From a virus, in the IMG/VR virus record IMGVR_UViG_3300039412_000320: a stretch of 64,000 nt of DNA, one strand, 5' to 3'. Of the stretch, positions 28,555-38,179 are shown in pieces. How positions within the stretch are numbered: position 1 is the stretch's first letter; every line of letters starts with the position of its first letter. The position numbers were made by a program, and so were the translations under genes. The notes beneath the pieces are model-generated. The model saw nothing but the letters and a program-made list of their open reading frames with translations, did no database searches and had not been told where the DNA came from.

Positions 28555-30281
28555 TGTACCTCTACCATTGCACCTCCACTGACCGAGTAGTAAGCATCCA
28601 GCATAAAGGGCTACAGCCTTCAATGGACCCACATTGGGGAGGAGACTTGGGAGATACTTCTCTGGGTAAAGTGTTCTTTGCTGATAACCCCCAGCACGCC
28701 TACTATTACGGTGAGATTGTCTTTCGTGACACCTTACAGTTAGAGGGAGCAGCGGGCGCTCCCATCCTGTTAAGAGTAAGAAACCTCCAAGGTATGGTAC
28801 AGGACAAGCAAGATACCCACTCATTCTATGCCGAGAGGGTAATTCCCCCGCAAACCATTGAGATAATGTGGCATGGGTGGAAACCTATAAAGAGCGCCGG
28901 GGGATATTGGGATGAGATGGAGTACCGCCTCAATGACGATGAGAACGTTTATGAAGACTGGGAAGGTACCCCATTCGACAGTATAGAGGAAGTCTTGGCG
29001 GATGCCAAGGCGTCCATTCTAGCACCGGCTAAATCTGGAACTCTTAAAAGAGGGGACCGTATGCCAGATAAGACCAAACCCACTGTATGTTTTGTCCGCC
29101 ACGGGCACACCCCCTATAACTCCTCTACCGGGGATTCCATGGATAGCCGCATCCGGGGATTCACCAATGTGCCCTTAGATGAGATTGGAAAACAACAGGC
29201 AGGGAAAACGGCCAAAAAATTTAAGGGTATGGATATAAAGGAGATATACTCCTCCGACCTTGACCGTGCCGCTTATACAGCAAATGAAATAAAGAAGGTC
29301 ACGGGGGCTAAACTCTACCTCATCCCCAACTTACGACCGTGGGACCTCGGAGATTGGGCTGGAGATACGGTCCGAGAACATATTGAGGAACTCGAACTCC
29401 TCCAGAAAAATATCGACCAAGCCGCTCCCGGAGGCAAGCCCTTCCGGGAGTTCTATGACCGGGCGGTCAGCATTGTCAAGTGGCTACAGGAGAGAGCCAT
29501 AAAGCTTAACGGGAGGATAGTTGCTGTCACTCACTCCCGGTTTTTGAACTCCCTGCCCTGCATCATTTCCGAGGGTGACCCTACTACCGTACCTCTGGCT
29601 GGGGGAGCCGCCACTGGGCAAGTCATTGAAATTGAAAAGGTTGACGGAAATTGGGCTATGCGAACCCTTGATGACGAGATTCAAGAAGTGGAAGAACAGA
29701 AGGCAAAATCCAAAGAAGGCGACTATACAAGCCATAAGAGAGGAACGCCCATGGGAATTTCTACGAAAGCAAGCGATTTGGCGGCATTGGTATCAAAAAC
29801 CGCCCAAGTATTGTGCGAGGGGGACCACCCCAACGCCGATTCCGACCTACAAGCCATGGTGGGCGACCCCACGGATGTCCGTACTTCCACCTTTGCCCAG
29901 TTCCACCCCAATCCGGGGACCATGCAGCTTCCCAATCCTCTCAGCCCTATCGAGGGAGACGAGATTTTCTTCGCCTATATGCTGCCGGGGGCCGTATTCC
30001 AAGCTCATGATGGCAGCGAGTGGAACATCCTGTTTTATGACGGGGCCGACTCCATTCAGATTGAGAACCGCTGGTACCCAAGGATTTCATGGTTTGTGTC
30101 CATCGGAGATATCCGGCGCAGCATTCACCAGTGGATTGAACCCATCACTCAGACCGTTCCGCCTCCGCCGCCCGGCGTCGATTACAGCGCCCTGCCGGTC
30201 AAGGTCATGGACAAGGAAGACAACATCGGAAGTGCTGATGCACTGACCGATGACAAGGTCAGCGGCGGAAGTAGCTGGTAA
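28554..30281 (+). CDS. multidomain protein: N-terminal region resembling the NAD+-binding lobe of KptA/Tpt1 (tentative), central histidine phosphatase domain, unknown C-terminal domain
   Basis: TVCFVRHGHTPYN (RHG motif) at about aa 180-192; N-terminus MYLYHCTSTDRVVSIQHKGL resembles KptA FLYHGTASRFLDEIKKQGL. Confidence 0.55.
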   Translation: MYLYHCTSTDRVVSIQHKGLQPSMDPHWGGDLGDTSLGKVFFADNPQHAYYYGEIVFRDTLQLEGAAGAPILLRVRNLQGMVQDKQDTHSFYAERVIPPQTIEIMWHGWKPIKSAGGYWDEMEYRLNDDENVYEDWEGTPFDSIEEVLADAKASILAPAKSGTLKRGDRMPDKTKPTVCFVRHGHTPYNSSTGDSMDSRIRGFTNVPLDEIGKQQAGKTAKKFKGMDIKEIYSSDLDRAAYTANEIKKVTGAKLYLIPNLRPWDLGDWAGDTVREHIEELELLQKNIDQAAPGGKPFREFYDRAVSIVKWLQERAIKLNGRIVAVTHSRFLNSLPCIISEGDPTTVPLAGGAATGQVIEIEKVDGNWAMRTLDDEIQEVEEQKAKSKEGDYTSHKRGTPMGISTKASDLAALVSKTAQVLCEGDHPNADSDLQAMVGDPTDVRTSTFAQFHPNPGTMQLPNPLSPIEGDEIFFAYMLPGAVFQAHDGSEWNILFYDGADSIQIENRWYPRISWFVSIGDIRRSIHQWIEPITQTVPPPPPGVDYSALPVKVMDKEDNIGSADALTDDKVSGGSSW

Positions 30282-30318
30282 ATTTTGGCGGAGAGTCAGT
30301 GAAACAGTAGGAGGAAAC

Positions 30319-30543
30319 ATGGTAATCACCTCAGCAGTAGTCGGTTTGGCAATCAGCCACGTCGTAGCCATCGTCGTTGGATGGTGGGCAAAGGCCAAGG
30401 CCGTAGCCACGGCAGAAGCCGCCAAGGTTAAGCCGGAAGCCGAGAAGGTTCTCGCCGCAGTCAAGGCAGAACTTGCCAAGGCAGAAGCCGTTGCCGAGAC
30501 GGATGCGAAAAAGGTTATCGCCGCCATCAAAGCAAAGCTGTAA
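30319..30543 (+). CDS. small membrane protein, holin-like (TM helix plus Ala/Lys-rich amphipathic tail)
   Basis: MVITSAVVGLAISHVVAIVVGWWAKAKAVATAEAAKVKPEAEKV...; AGGAGG 6 nt upstream of ATG 30319. Confidence 0.4.
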   Translation: MVITSAVVGLAISHVVAIVVGWWAKAKAVATAEAAKVKPEAEKVLAAVKAELAKAEAVAETDAKKVIAAIKAKL

Positions 30544-30566
30544 CCAACCGGGGGTTCCCGCCTATC

Positions 30567-30590
30567 ATGCCTGTTCAGTGGCTTGGTAAC
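30567..30590 (+). terminator. 7-bp hairpin (gttcagt-ggcttggta-actgaac) after holin-like gene; possible weak terminator or regulatory hairpin
   Basis: Perfect inverted repeat seen in sequence; no clear U-tract. Confidence 0.25.
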
Positions 30591-30625
30591 TGAAACGCCT
30601 ATCGAGTTCTTTGTAGGGAGCATTT

Positions 30626-32299
30626 ATGCTTGACTTGACGGGCGGGAATCTCGTCGCTTATCTCCGCAGAGTTATCGAAGACGCCGTAAACCGGTCCCCC
30701 CGGTTCCGGTACACCCTTGGAGAAGTCTCTTCTCAGTACAACAACCTCATTCAATGGAAGGACGCTCAAATCAGCATCAAGAACGTCACCTCCACCGGCA
30801 ACCGCCTCTCTCCTGACTACTTCATGTGCAAGAACTACGGGCGGGCAATTCTTGCCAAAATCCAGAGCAAAGAGGGGGGATTCATTGAGTGGGTGCAAGA
30901 GGTGGATTCCACCCGGCAGACGCCCGCAGCCGGGGTATACTATTTCAATGTGGATGAGGTCAATGAGCAGACACGGGACGTAGACCTAACCATCCAGAAA
31001 TACACATGGCAAGAGGGTAAGGTTGTCAACGCCCAAGGCTCCATCGTCTACTTCGCCCCCCAAATTGACGGCACTACGGTCTCAGGGTATGTCTCAGGCA
31101 GGGGAAGCCCCCCAACGCCTCTGGAAACGGCTGTAAACGACGGCACGTGGCAAACTACGCTCGTTTCTCCTCCTGTGCCGGTAGATTTGCTCCTCGCCCC
31201 GCATTTTGGCTATTTGCTGACCGATACCCCAGCCGGGTTGGTCCTCTTCGCCGGGTCCCCACCCGTCCAGCTTACTCCCCTGTTGGATTACTGGTATCAA
31301 CAGACCGTCCAGCAAGTGGTATGCCAAAGTACCGTGGGAGGACAAGAAGTCGTTGGCATTCCGCTGGGCCTTGTGGACGTTCCGGGAGGCGGAAGCCCGC
31401 CGCAGATGGTTCAGACCCTCCTCTCCTTCACGCTTACGGACCAGAACGGCTACGAACTTATCAAAGGGAAGGATTACACCTACTTTGCCAGCAATGATTG
31501 GCTGGAACTCTCTCCGTACACGCCGCCCGGAATGACCATTACGGCAAACATGGTCGTTAAGGTTGACCCCACGGGCGTACCGGGGACCAACCCGGAGAAT
31601 ATCCTACAGACGCAAGTGACGGAGGGAAACAGTCTAGCACCGGGGCAGGTATTCGTACAGACCTCTCTCGGAAACTACACGTCACTCGTACCCAATACGG
31701 ATGGGACTTGTACCTTGCCCACTCTTCTCTTGCCGGGGGAATGGTGCCGCTGGGAAGTTCGAGTAGATACAGGAAGAACAAAGGCCCGAGCCAAAAAGTA
31801 CAACCTCAATGAGAATGTCCTCCCCGGCCTGCGGATAGCTATCGGTGACAACGTTCTCAAGGATGACCAAGTGGCTATCATCGTGCAGCCCTACACCGCC
31901 GAGACCTATGAGGTATACGGGAGCAAGGAGAACCTGACCTTCACCGTGGACTGCCGGGCAAATGACCTCCAGACCGCCTCCGACCTCAGCGAGTTGCTCC
32001 GCCGAGAGCTTCTCATCATGCGCCGGACGAATATGGAGGCAGACGGCATCACCTTGTTTGAAGCCAGCCGGTCGTATGTGGGATTGCAGCGTGACCTCAG
32101 CGGCACCGCTCCACAGTTTGTCTACAGTCTGACTGTTTCCGCTATGGCAGATTGGAAAGTGTTTGTACCACTGGTCACCCGGCTGGTCACCTTGGAAATA
32201 ACCAGCACCGCCACGGTGTCATCCTACGGTCCGGGTATATCGCTTACGCCCCGAGTCAAAGTGTTTGGCAACACCAAGTTCTTAGAATCTTACACGTAA
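30626..32299 (+). CDS. hypothetical protein (557 aa), possibly virion/baseplate
   Basis: ORF in track; last gene of plus block, convergent with minus genes at about 32300-32470. Confidence 0.55.
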   Translation: MLDLTGGNLVAYLRRVIEDAVNRSPRFRYTLGEVSSQYNNLIQWKDAQISIKNVTSTGNRLSPDYFMCKNYGRAILAKIQSKEGGFIEWVQEVDSTRQTPAAGVYYFNVDEVNEQTRDVDLTIQKYTWQEGKVVNAQGSIVYFAPQIDGTTVSGYVSGRGSPPTPLETAVNDGTWQTTLVSPPVPVDLLLAPHFGYLLTDTPAGLVLFAGSPPVQLTPLLDYWYQQTVQQVVCQSTVGGQEVVGIPLGLVDVPGGGSPPQMVQTLLSFTLTDQNGYELIKGKDYTYFASNDWLELSPYTPPGMTITANMVVKVDPTGVPGTNPENILQTQVTEGNSLAPGQVFVQTSLGNYTSLVPNTDGTCTLPTLLLPGEWCRWEVRVDTGRTKARAKKYNLNENVLPGLRIAIGDNVLKDDQVAIIVQPYTAETYEVYGSKENLTFTVDCRANDLQTASDLSELLRRELLIMRRTNMEADGITLFEASRSYVGLQRDLSGTAPQFVYSLTVSAMADWKVFVPLVTRLVTLEITSTATVSSYGPGISLTPRVKVFGNTKFLESYT

Positions 32300-32469
32300 C
32301 CGGTCAATCTTCAATTCCATCCGCCCGTTCGCCGGTATTGACAATGACCTGTACCAGCCTCATTTCTTCGACCACTCCCACCGCAAGTTACTGCCGTCGT
32401 ATTTCTCAAAAGCGAGGCAGGGACTCCCGAGGGGAGCATGGGCTGACCCGGCGATTTCGGGGTAGTGTT

Positions 32470-32667
32470 TCATGCGTATATACCGCAGTACTCTGCGTCA
32501 GGATGCTCTTTGCAATATGGGCATGGGTCCACATGTATGCGGCTCAAGACCCGTGCGTAATACTCAATGTAAGGCTCCTCGTATCTTCCCGTCATGGGGC
32601 GACCGCACTTTGCACAATACATGTCAACTTCTAAAGAGATGGTCCCCGCACTGCTCGTAATAGTCAT
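32470..32667 (-). CDS. small Cys-rich zinc-binding protein
   Basis: MYCAKCGRPMTG...PCPYCKEHPDAEYCG; start moved to internal Met to avoid overlap with AAA gene. Confidence 0.4.
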   Translation of the reverse strand: MTITSSAGTISLEVDMYCAKCGRPMTGRYEEPYIEYYARVLSRIHVDPCPYCKEHPDAEYCGIYA

Positions 32668-32674
32668 ACTACCC

Positions 32675-33691
32675 TCACTTGTTAAAGCCCGGATGCGAGA
32701 CGCCTTCACTGGACTTCGGCTTAATCTTCATTCCCTTTAGCCGTTCGATGGTTTCGTCAAATGGCCGGTCAAGGCATTGCGTAGCGACCACGAACTCCCG
32801 CAGGTGGGCAATGCTGAGGTCGTTGGTTTCCTTCGCCCAACCGGCTATTTGCTCTTTCGTGAATTTCTCTCCGATGGCACGGGTCAGATACATGCGTCGG
32901 GCCGACTCGTCCGGCATAGGGACCTTTATCACTTCGTCAAAGCGGCTCGGGCGGTTGACGATACGAGGCCCGAGGTTCTCAGGGTAGTTCGTCGTGGCGA
33001 TATGCACCACGTTGTTTACCTGATGCTCACCGTCCAGAAAGCTGAGCAAATCGTGTTCGCCCCGGTGCTCAATCACTTCCTCAATATCTTCCATGATGAC
33101 GATAAGCGGGCGGTCCGGCTCTATCCGGCGAAGGACCCGCAGAGCGTTGATTGCCATGCCCGGATGCTGGCAGATGATGACAATACCGCCCCGCTTGATG
33201 AGCTTTTCAATAAGCAGAGCGACCGTCGCCGTCTTACCCGACCCGGCGTTGCCCCACAGGAGGATACCCCGCTTGAACAGGATGCCCATAGCGGAGAACT
33301 TCTCCTTGGAGTCCCAAAAGGTTTCGATGGAGTTGATGACCTGTTGAGTGACCGTCTCCCCAAGGTCATAAAGGGTGTCAGTCATTGGCTTGGACTTGAG
33401 GAAGTATATCCTCCCGTCGCTGTCCTGAGAGAGGTTGTAGACCCCCGGAGGAAGCGTATCAGTGGTCTTGGAGGAGGCGGAAAAGCTACCGTTAGGATGC
33501 ACCTGCCACTGGCAGACGTTCATGGTGATGACATCATCGGATTCGTCGCTCCCCGTGGGACCTTGGGCGCTAGTCTTATTTCCACGGGGAACACCTTGGT
33601 CTGAATCCCTTGCTGCCTTATCGTTCATCCTACCTTGCAGTTCCGCCCAATCGTCGGATGCTGACATATTTTCTCCCTCACATTTCGGCAT
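32675..33691 (-). CDS. AAA+ ATPase
   Basis: Walker A GNAGSGKTAT, Walker B IVIMEDIEE, sensor-2-like NRPSRFD; start overlaps NadV stop (TAATG). Confidence 0.75.
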   Translation of the reverse strand: MPKCEGENMSASDDWAELQGRMNDKAARDSDQGVPRGNKTSAQGPTGSDESDDVITMNVCQWQVHPNGSFSASSKTTDTLPPGVYNLSQDSDGRIYFLKSKPMTDTLYDLGETVTQQVINSIETFWDSKEKFSAMGILFKRGILLWGNAGSGKTATVALLIEKLIKRGGIVIICQHPGMAINALRVLRRIEPDRPLIVIMEDIEEVIEHRGEHDLLSFLDGEHQVNNVVHIATTNYPENLGPRIVNRPSRFDEVIKVPMPDESARRMYLTRAIGEKFTKEQIAGWAKETNDLSIAHLREFVVATQCLDRPFDETIERLKGMKIKPKSSEGVSHPGFNK

Positions 33692-35121
33692 TAGTCATCT
33701 TCCCGGTTGTAGCGGTCATAACCGCTGGAGATTTCCCGGACTTCGTCAAGGGTCTGGTGCCGCTTAATTACCCCATCTTCAAATACTGTCTCCAGCTTAT
33801 CTTCGTGGCCTGTGGCGAGCTTCATATCGTATTCCTGCTCCACAGTCTCGAATTCCCCATCCGACAGTTCCAAGAGGGAGAACCTGCCGCCGATGGATGC
33901 CTTGGACGGGTCGGTCTTAACCGTCTTGTGAACATCCTCCCACCGACCGTCCCGGCAGATAGCGGAGCATTTGATGGCGAACCGCATGGTATCACGGTTC
34001 TGCTGTTGAAGCAAAGCACCGCCCATGCCGTAGCCCCAGTTGTCCATGGACCACCCGGCCCGTGTCAGGTGACTGTTGATGCGGCAGATGTTCTGGTAGT
34101 TGACTCCGTCGCCTTGGATGACCCGGACCTGCTTGGGCAGGACCTTCCAACCCTTAGCGTTTGTCTCGAAGCCAAACTTCTCGGCAATGGCGTTGAACAT
34201 GTCTTCAATGACGACACAGGGGTCACCGCTATCCGGGCGCAGGACCACCACGCCGTCACGCCGCAGAATTGTTTCCCGCAACTTGCCGCCGAAGATGTTA
34301 GCAACGGCGTTGTGGGTGTCGTAGCTGTCTACCACGAGCGCCACGAGGCCAGCCGGGACCTTCTCCAGCATGTTGGCATAAGCCTCAGCCTCGGCATCCT
34401 CACCCCACGAAGTAACGGTGGAGTGCTCCATCGCCGGGATGGAGAAACCGGCGCAGGGGCAATCGTAGAACTGCTCCAGAAGCGAAAGAGCCGCCATGGT
34501 GTCGGTGCCCATGAAATTGACAAGGTGGGCAGCCCCGCCGATAGCAGCGGTCTCCTGAGAGCTAACGCCCCTGTATCCGAAGTCGTGCAACTTGAAACCG
34601 AGTCCAGCCGGGTCACCGGTACGCACAAGGTCCCTGCCGATGGTCTGCTTGATTTCAAATGACAGGGTCCCAACCGTGATGGGATACCACACTTGCAGGA
34701 GTTGGGTTTCCGCCCAGTTGGTCAGCCACGGGAATTCCTTGTCGGTGTTTTCGATGGTCATCAACACGTTCTTGATGGGAACCACGGTACCCTCTTTAAC
34801 CGCACGAATGCGCAGGGGCAACTTGCCGCCATGCTTTTCCAGCAACCGCATCCAGCCGTTGAAGTTGAATACTTCATCGTTGCCGAAATGCCGGTGACAA
34901 ATGCGGGCAGCTTCGTGGACATCTTTCTTGGTGAACACCTTGCCCTCGAAGTATGCGGCGAGGATGTATTGCAGCCCGGAGAACAATGTGTGCTGCCAGA
35001 AACCACCCCGGCTCATGAGGTAGCTGTACACATATTCCGCATCCGAAGGATACTGAAACCAGTGCGACAGCTTGTAGCTGTCTGTCCTTAAAATGGGGTT
35101 AAGCTTGAGTGCTTTGGGCAT
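33691..35121 (-). CDS. nadV: nicotinamide phosphoribosyltransferase (NAMPT/NadV family)
   Basis: MPKALKLNPILRTDSYKLSHWFQYP matches NAMPT N-terminus (NILLATDSYKVTHYKQYP); about 475 aa; start set to that Met. Confidence 0.85.
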   Translation of the reverse strand: MPKALKLNPILRTDSYKLSHWFQYPSDAEYVYSYLMSRGGFWQHTLFSGLQYILAAYFEGKVFTKKDVHEAARICHRHFGNDEVFNFNGWMRLLEKHGGKLPLRIRAVKEGTVVPIKNVLMTIENTDKEFPWLTNWAETQLLQVWYPITVGTLSFEIKQTIGRDLVRTGDPAGLGFKLHDFGYRGVSSQETAAIGGAAHLVNFMGTDTMAALSLLEQFYDCPCAGFSIPAMEHSTVTSWGEDAEAEAYANMLEKVPAGLVALVVDSYDTHNAVANIFGGKLRETILRRDGVVVLRPDSGDPCVVIEDMFNAIAEKFGFETNAKGWKVLPKQVRVIQGDGVNYQNICRINSHLTRAGWSMDNWGYGMGGALLQQQNRDTMRFAIKCSAICRDGRWEDVHKTVKTDPSKASIGGRFSLLELSDGEFETVEQEYDMKLATGHEDKLETVFEDGVIKRHQTLDEVREISSGYDRYNREDD

Positions 35122-36040
35122 GTGTGTTCTCCTTTTTGGTAAGATGTTGTTGCAGCATCTCGAAGAGAGGACGATGCTCCTTCTCAAAATCCTCCACAGT
35201 CAATTTGCTTATGTCAAACCACTGCGCTTGGGAAAGGTCATCGCTGCCCTTCCCGCCCATAGTCATACTGTACGCCATGAAGAAGACGGTCTTGAAGCCC
35301 TCAGATGGCTCCGAGCGCCAGCGCCAGCTATCGACCTTGCGGGAGCCGACATATTCAAGGTCTTGGATGTCCAGACCCGTCTCCTCGAACGCTTCCTTCT
35401 TGGCATCAGCCTCGAAGGTTGGCGTGCTGAATATTGCGTGCCCGCCCGGAAAACGCCAGAACGTGTCATCTGGCTTCTTGCCGAGGAGAAGCATCAAACC
35501 CTTCTCCGCCTTGTGCAGGATAGCAATGTCCACCACGGTGACAAGCCGGGGCCACAGTTGGTTCATGGCGTAGATGACACCCGCCCGGAAAAATGGCGAC
35601 TCCATGACATTGTTGGTCAGCTTGGCACGGATATCCGTGCTGGTAAGGGACGCCGGGACCTCTATCTCCAGTTCCTTGACCTTGTGCTTCCCGTGATAGA
35701 AGGGAGCGAATGAGTCCCTACTACCGTATAATACCACTTCGTGGGGAACTTCTCCCACGGCTTCGGAGATGCGCTCATCCAAACTGTCTGACCACTGTTC
35801 GTCGGTCTTGCAGTCCCGCAGGGGCAATACGGTGAACTCGGGGAACTTCGCCTGAATCATTTTCTTCCGAGTCTCGAAGTCTAACGGGTCGTGCCGGGTC
35901 GGACCGACCTTATTGCAGCCAAGGAATACGATAACCCGCTGGTGACGCCCACGCACAATACGAAAAATTTCAAGGTGCCCGTCATGGAGTTCGTGAACTT
36001 GGAACCGGCCAACTAAAACACCAAATGATGGTTTGGTCAT
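35099..36040 (-). CDS. natV: bifunctional NMN adenylyltransferase / Nudix hydrolase (NadM/NatV-like)
   Basis: GRFQVHELHDGH matches (H/T)xGH nucleotidyltransferase motif; C-terminal Nudix box GLMLLLGKKPDDTFWRFPGGHA...EADAKKEAFEETGLDI. Confidence 0.8.
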   Translation of the reverse strand: MTKPSFGVLVGRFQVHELHDGHLEIFRIVRGRHQRVIVFLGCNKVGPTRHDPLDFETRKKMIQAKFPEFTVLPLRDCKTDEQWSDSLDERISEAVGEVPHEVVLYGSRDSFAPFYHGKHKVKELEIEVPASLTSTDIRAKLTNNVMESPFFRAGVIYAMNQLWPRLVTVVDIAILHKAEKGLMLLLGKKPDDTFWRFPGGHAIFSTPTFEADAKKEAFEETGLDIQDLEYVGSRKVDSWRWRSEPSEGFKTVFFMAYSMTMGGKGSDDLSQAQWFDISKLTVEDFEKEHRPLFEMLQQHLTKKENTHAQSTQA

Positions 36041-36954
36041 GATACCCTCCTGTATCGTTCCCCCAACTCATATCGTTCAATTAATTCAATGCACTGTCCC
36101 TGTTCCGTCCACTCTCTAGAAAACTTACTGATTAAACTGAACAACTCTTTAACAGACAAATCGGATGTTACTCTTTTCCTACAATTTTCGGAGTGTGTGA
36201 CATACCGGCAATTTGCTGGATGCCTTACTATCTCCGGGAAAACCCCAAGAGCATATGCCTGTTTTCGAGACAGCCTATGGTCTCGTACCAACCCAGTCTT
36301 ATTCTTAACTGGATGAAATATACCCAACTCAGAAACTCGTCTCTTTGTCTCTATTGGCTGAAATTGTAGCAAGTTAGCCCCATTAACCCAATTCGATAAT
36401 TTCCGGTATAGAGCAAAATCAGACAAGTTTTCTAGCGGCGTCCAATTGCCGTGTTCCTCATTTACTTTTCTTACACGTTTACGATATTCATCAGTAAACT
36501 TCTCCCTTGATTTAGTACCAATCTTTCTCTTGGATTTTTCTGAGCAAGGGTGTGATATTCCTTTATGGCCCTCACTTAGCCGTTGTAACCATACGTTGCC
36601 AAAAACCCTTCCTCGGTTTGCTGTTCCCGCCCCCCATCGTTCTCTTGGGTTTAGCATACGTAGCGAAACCTGTTTAGAAATAAGTTTCTTTGTATGTTTA
36701 GACACTTTGTTTCCATAGTTGGGGTTACCGGTCCCTGAAAAGTCCCTACTCCTTTTTAGGTCCGAGCATTTCCTGCTACAGACTATACGAGGCATTTCAT
36801 GCCCTGATATCAAAAATCTCGTGGAACATTCACTACACACCTGTAAGAACTGGTGCCGTTTCTTTTTCCCTTGAAACCCCTCATTTCGTTTTAAGCATGT
36901 TCCTCGAATCTCATTATTTCCCACCCCTGTCTTGCAATGAAAGCACATTAACAC
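36037..36954 (-). CDS. homing-endonuclease-like protein with NUMOD3 repeats and HNH-like C-terminus
   Basis: GNPNYGNKVSKHTKKLISK and GHKGISHPCSEKSKRKIGTKS modules; C-terminal DHRLSRKQ...HPANCRYVTHSENCRK. Confidence 0.6.
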   Translation of the reverse strand: MLMCFHCKTGVGNNEIRGTCLKRNEGFQGKKKRHQFLQVCSECSTRFLISGHEMPRIVCSRKCSDLKRSRDFSGTGNPNYGNKVSKHTKKLISKQVSLRMLNPRERWGAGTANRGRVFGNVWLQRLSEGHKGISHPCSEKSKRKIGTKSREKFTDEYRKRVRKVNEEHGNWTPLENLSDFALYRKLSNWVNGANLLQFQPIETKRRVSELGIFHPVKNKTGLVRDHRLSRKQAYALGVFPEIVRHPANCRYVTHSENCRKRVTSDLSVKELFSLISKFSREWTEQGQCIELIERYELGERYRRVS

Positions 36955-37016
36955 GATTTTATCCTCCTATTAAAGGAGTTGAAAGTCATGTTTATTGTGC
37001 TAGTCATGAGACGGAT

Positions 37017-37355
37017 TTATACTGCAATTCCCTTTTTGGCTTTCATTACGATATCATCATATGCGGTGAATGGGCACAGAGAAGCGTTTAAGCTAAAACT
37101 GGACTTGTCAAATTCTACCGTAAGGATGCGTATTCTGTTTTCCATGCGGAAGACCCGAACATGTTGCCATGGCTCGTCCTGCACCTCCAAAAACTCGCAG
37201 TAAAAGTACGCCTGCATCTCGTGCGTCCAGTTATCGAGCAATACTCTTATCTCGGTCTGGAGCATACTGGTGACCGCTCTACCCATCAAGGGTCTGAATC
37301 GCTCCATCAAGTTCTGCTGGAGGTCAGCGTCCGAAAGTGAGTCATAGTCGCTCAT
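37017..37355 (-). CDS. hypothetical protein (112 aa)
   Basis: ORF in track. Confidence 0.45.
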   Translation of the reverse strand: MSDYDSLSDADLQQNLMERFRPLMGRAVTSMLQTEIRVLLDNWTHEMQAYFYCEFLEVQDEPWQHVRVFRMENRIRILTVEFDKSSFSLNASLCPFTAYDDIVMKAKKGIAV

Positions 37356-37461
37356 AGATTATAGAAATCTTCCTTCAACTGACGCACAAACTCAGCGACC
37401 GGCGGGGCGGGTGATTCCACGGGGATTCCACTGCTCCCAACACAGCCCAGCCTCAATCAGG

Positions 37462-37923
37462 TCATACGTGTGGATAATCTTGGCACCGGGGATGGGCTGA
37501 CCATCCGGCCCACCGGGGAGGCATGTTAAGCCCTTGACGGTCAACAGTGTCGATGCTGATTTGCTTACCCGTGGAGAAATAAAGGTCCCAATCTACGTCA
37601 TAGCTGTGTTCGTAGCAGGTTGAGCAATGTTCCTCGGAATGACCATCCTTGTCGGTGGTGGTATAACAGTTGCACTTGTAGGAGTGACGGCAGGAAACTT
37701 CCTCCCGCTGTTTTTGAGTGATGGACCCGCTCCAAATCTCTGTGTCGCTCGTGACGTCGTAGAACTCCAGTGCCAGCCCGGCACCGGTGATAATAGCGCA
37801 GGCAACAAGGGTGCAGATAGCCTCACCGAGACCATGACTCTCCACAAGGATTCCTTGCTTGTGAAGAAGGTAAGCAATGAGACAAAAGATGATGGGTAAA
37901 AGCATTAACGGGAAAAAATACAT
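37462..37923 (-). CDS. membrane protein with Cys/His-rich C-terminal domain
   Basis: Two hydrophobic helices (MYFFPLMLLPIIFCLIAYLL; TLVACAIITGAGLAL) then CRHSYKCNCY...HCSTCYEH. Confidence 0.5.
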   Translation of the reverse strand: MYFFPLMLLPIIFCLIAYLLHKQGILVESHGLGEAICTLVACAIITGAGLALEFYDVTSDTEIWSGSITQKQREEVSCRHSYKCNCYTTTDKDGHSEEHCSTCYEHSYDVDWDLYFSTGKQISIDTVDRQGLNMPPRWAGWSAHPRCQDYPHV

Positions 37924-37932
37924 GCGGCCTCC

Positions 37933-38142
37933 CTATGACCGTTTCTTGCGGAGTTCCCGAGCACGTTCCCGCTTGCTGCGCTCTTCGTAGTCTTTCTGGT
38001 TATCGGCTCCCAACTGCATGGAGGACAGGATGATGTCGCAAATTGCGCTACGAAACTCTCCCTTGCCGATGGCGATGCACGCATGTCCTGTCCAAAATTC
38101 GACCAACTCATTGGTGGTCATGTCTTTAAGTTCCTTCATCAT
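37933..38142 (-). CDS. small hypothetical protein (start at internal MMKELKD)
   Basis: C-terminal part of ORF 37933..38355 looks protein-like; N-terminal part is Arg/Ser-rich. Confidence 0.35.
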   Translation of the reverse strand: MMKELKDMTTNELVEFWTGHACIAIGKGEFRSAICDIILSSMQLGADNQKDYEERSKRERARELRKKRS

Positions 38143-38179
38143 TTCCTCCCGCAGAGTACCACTCCTCGAATCCGTCCAC

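Noticed and set aside
33610-34662. 350-aa plus-strand ORF
   Set aside because: Antisense to nadV, which has unambiguous NAMPT motifs.
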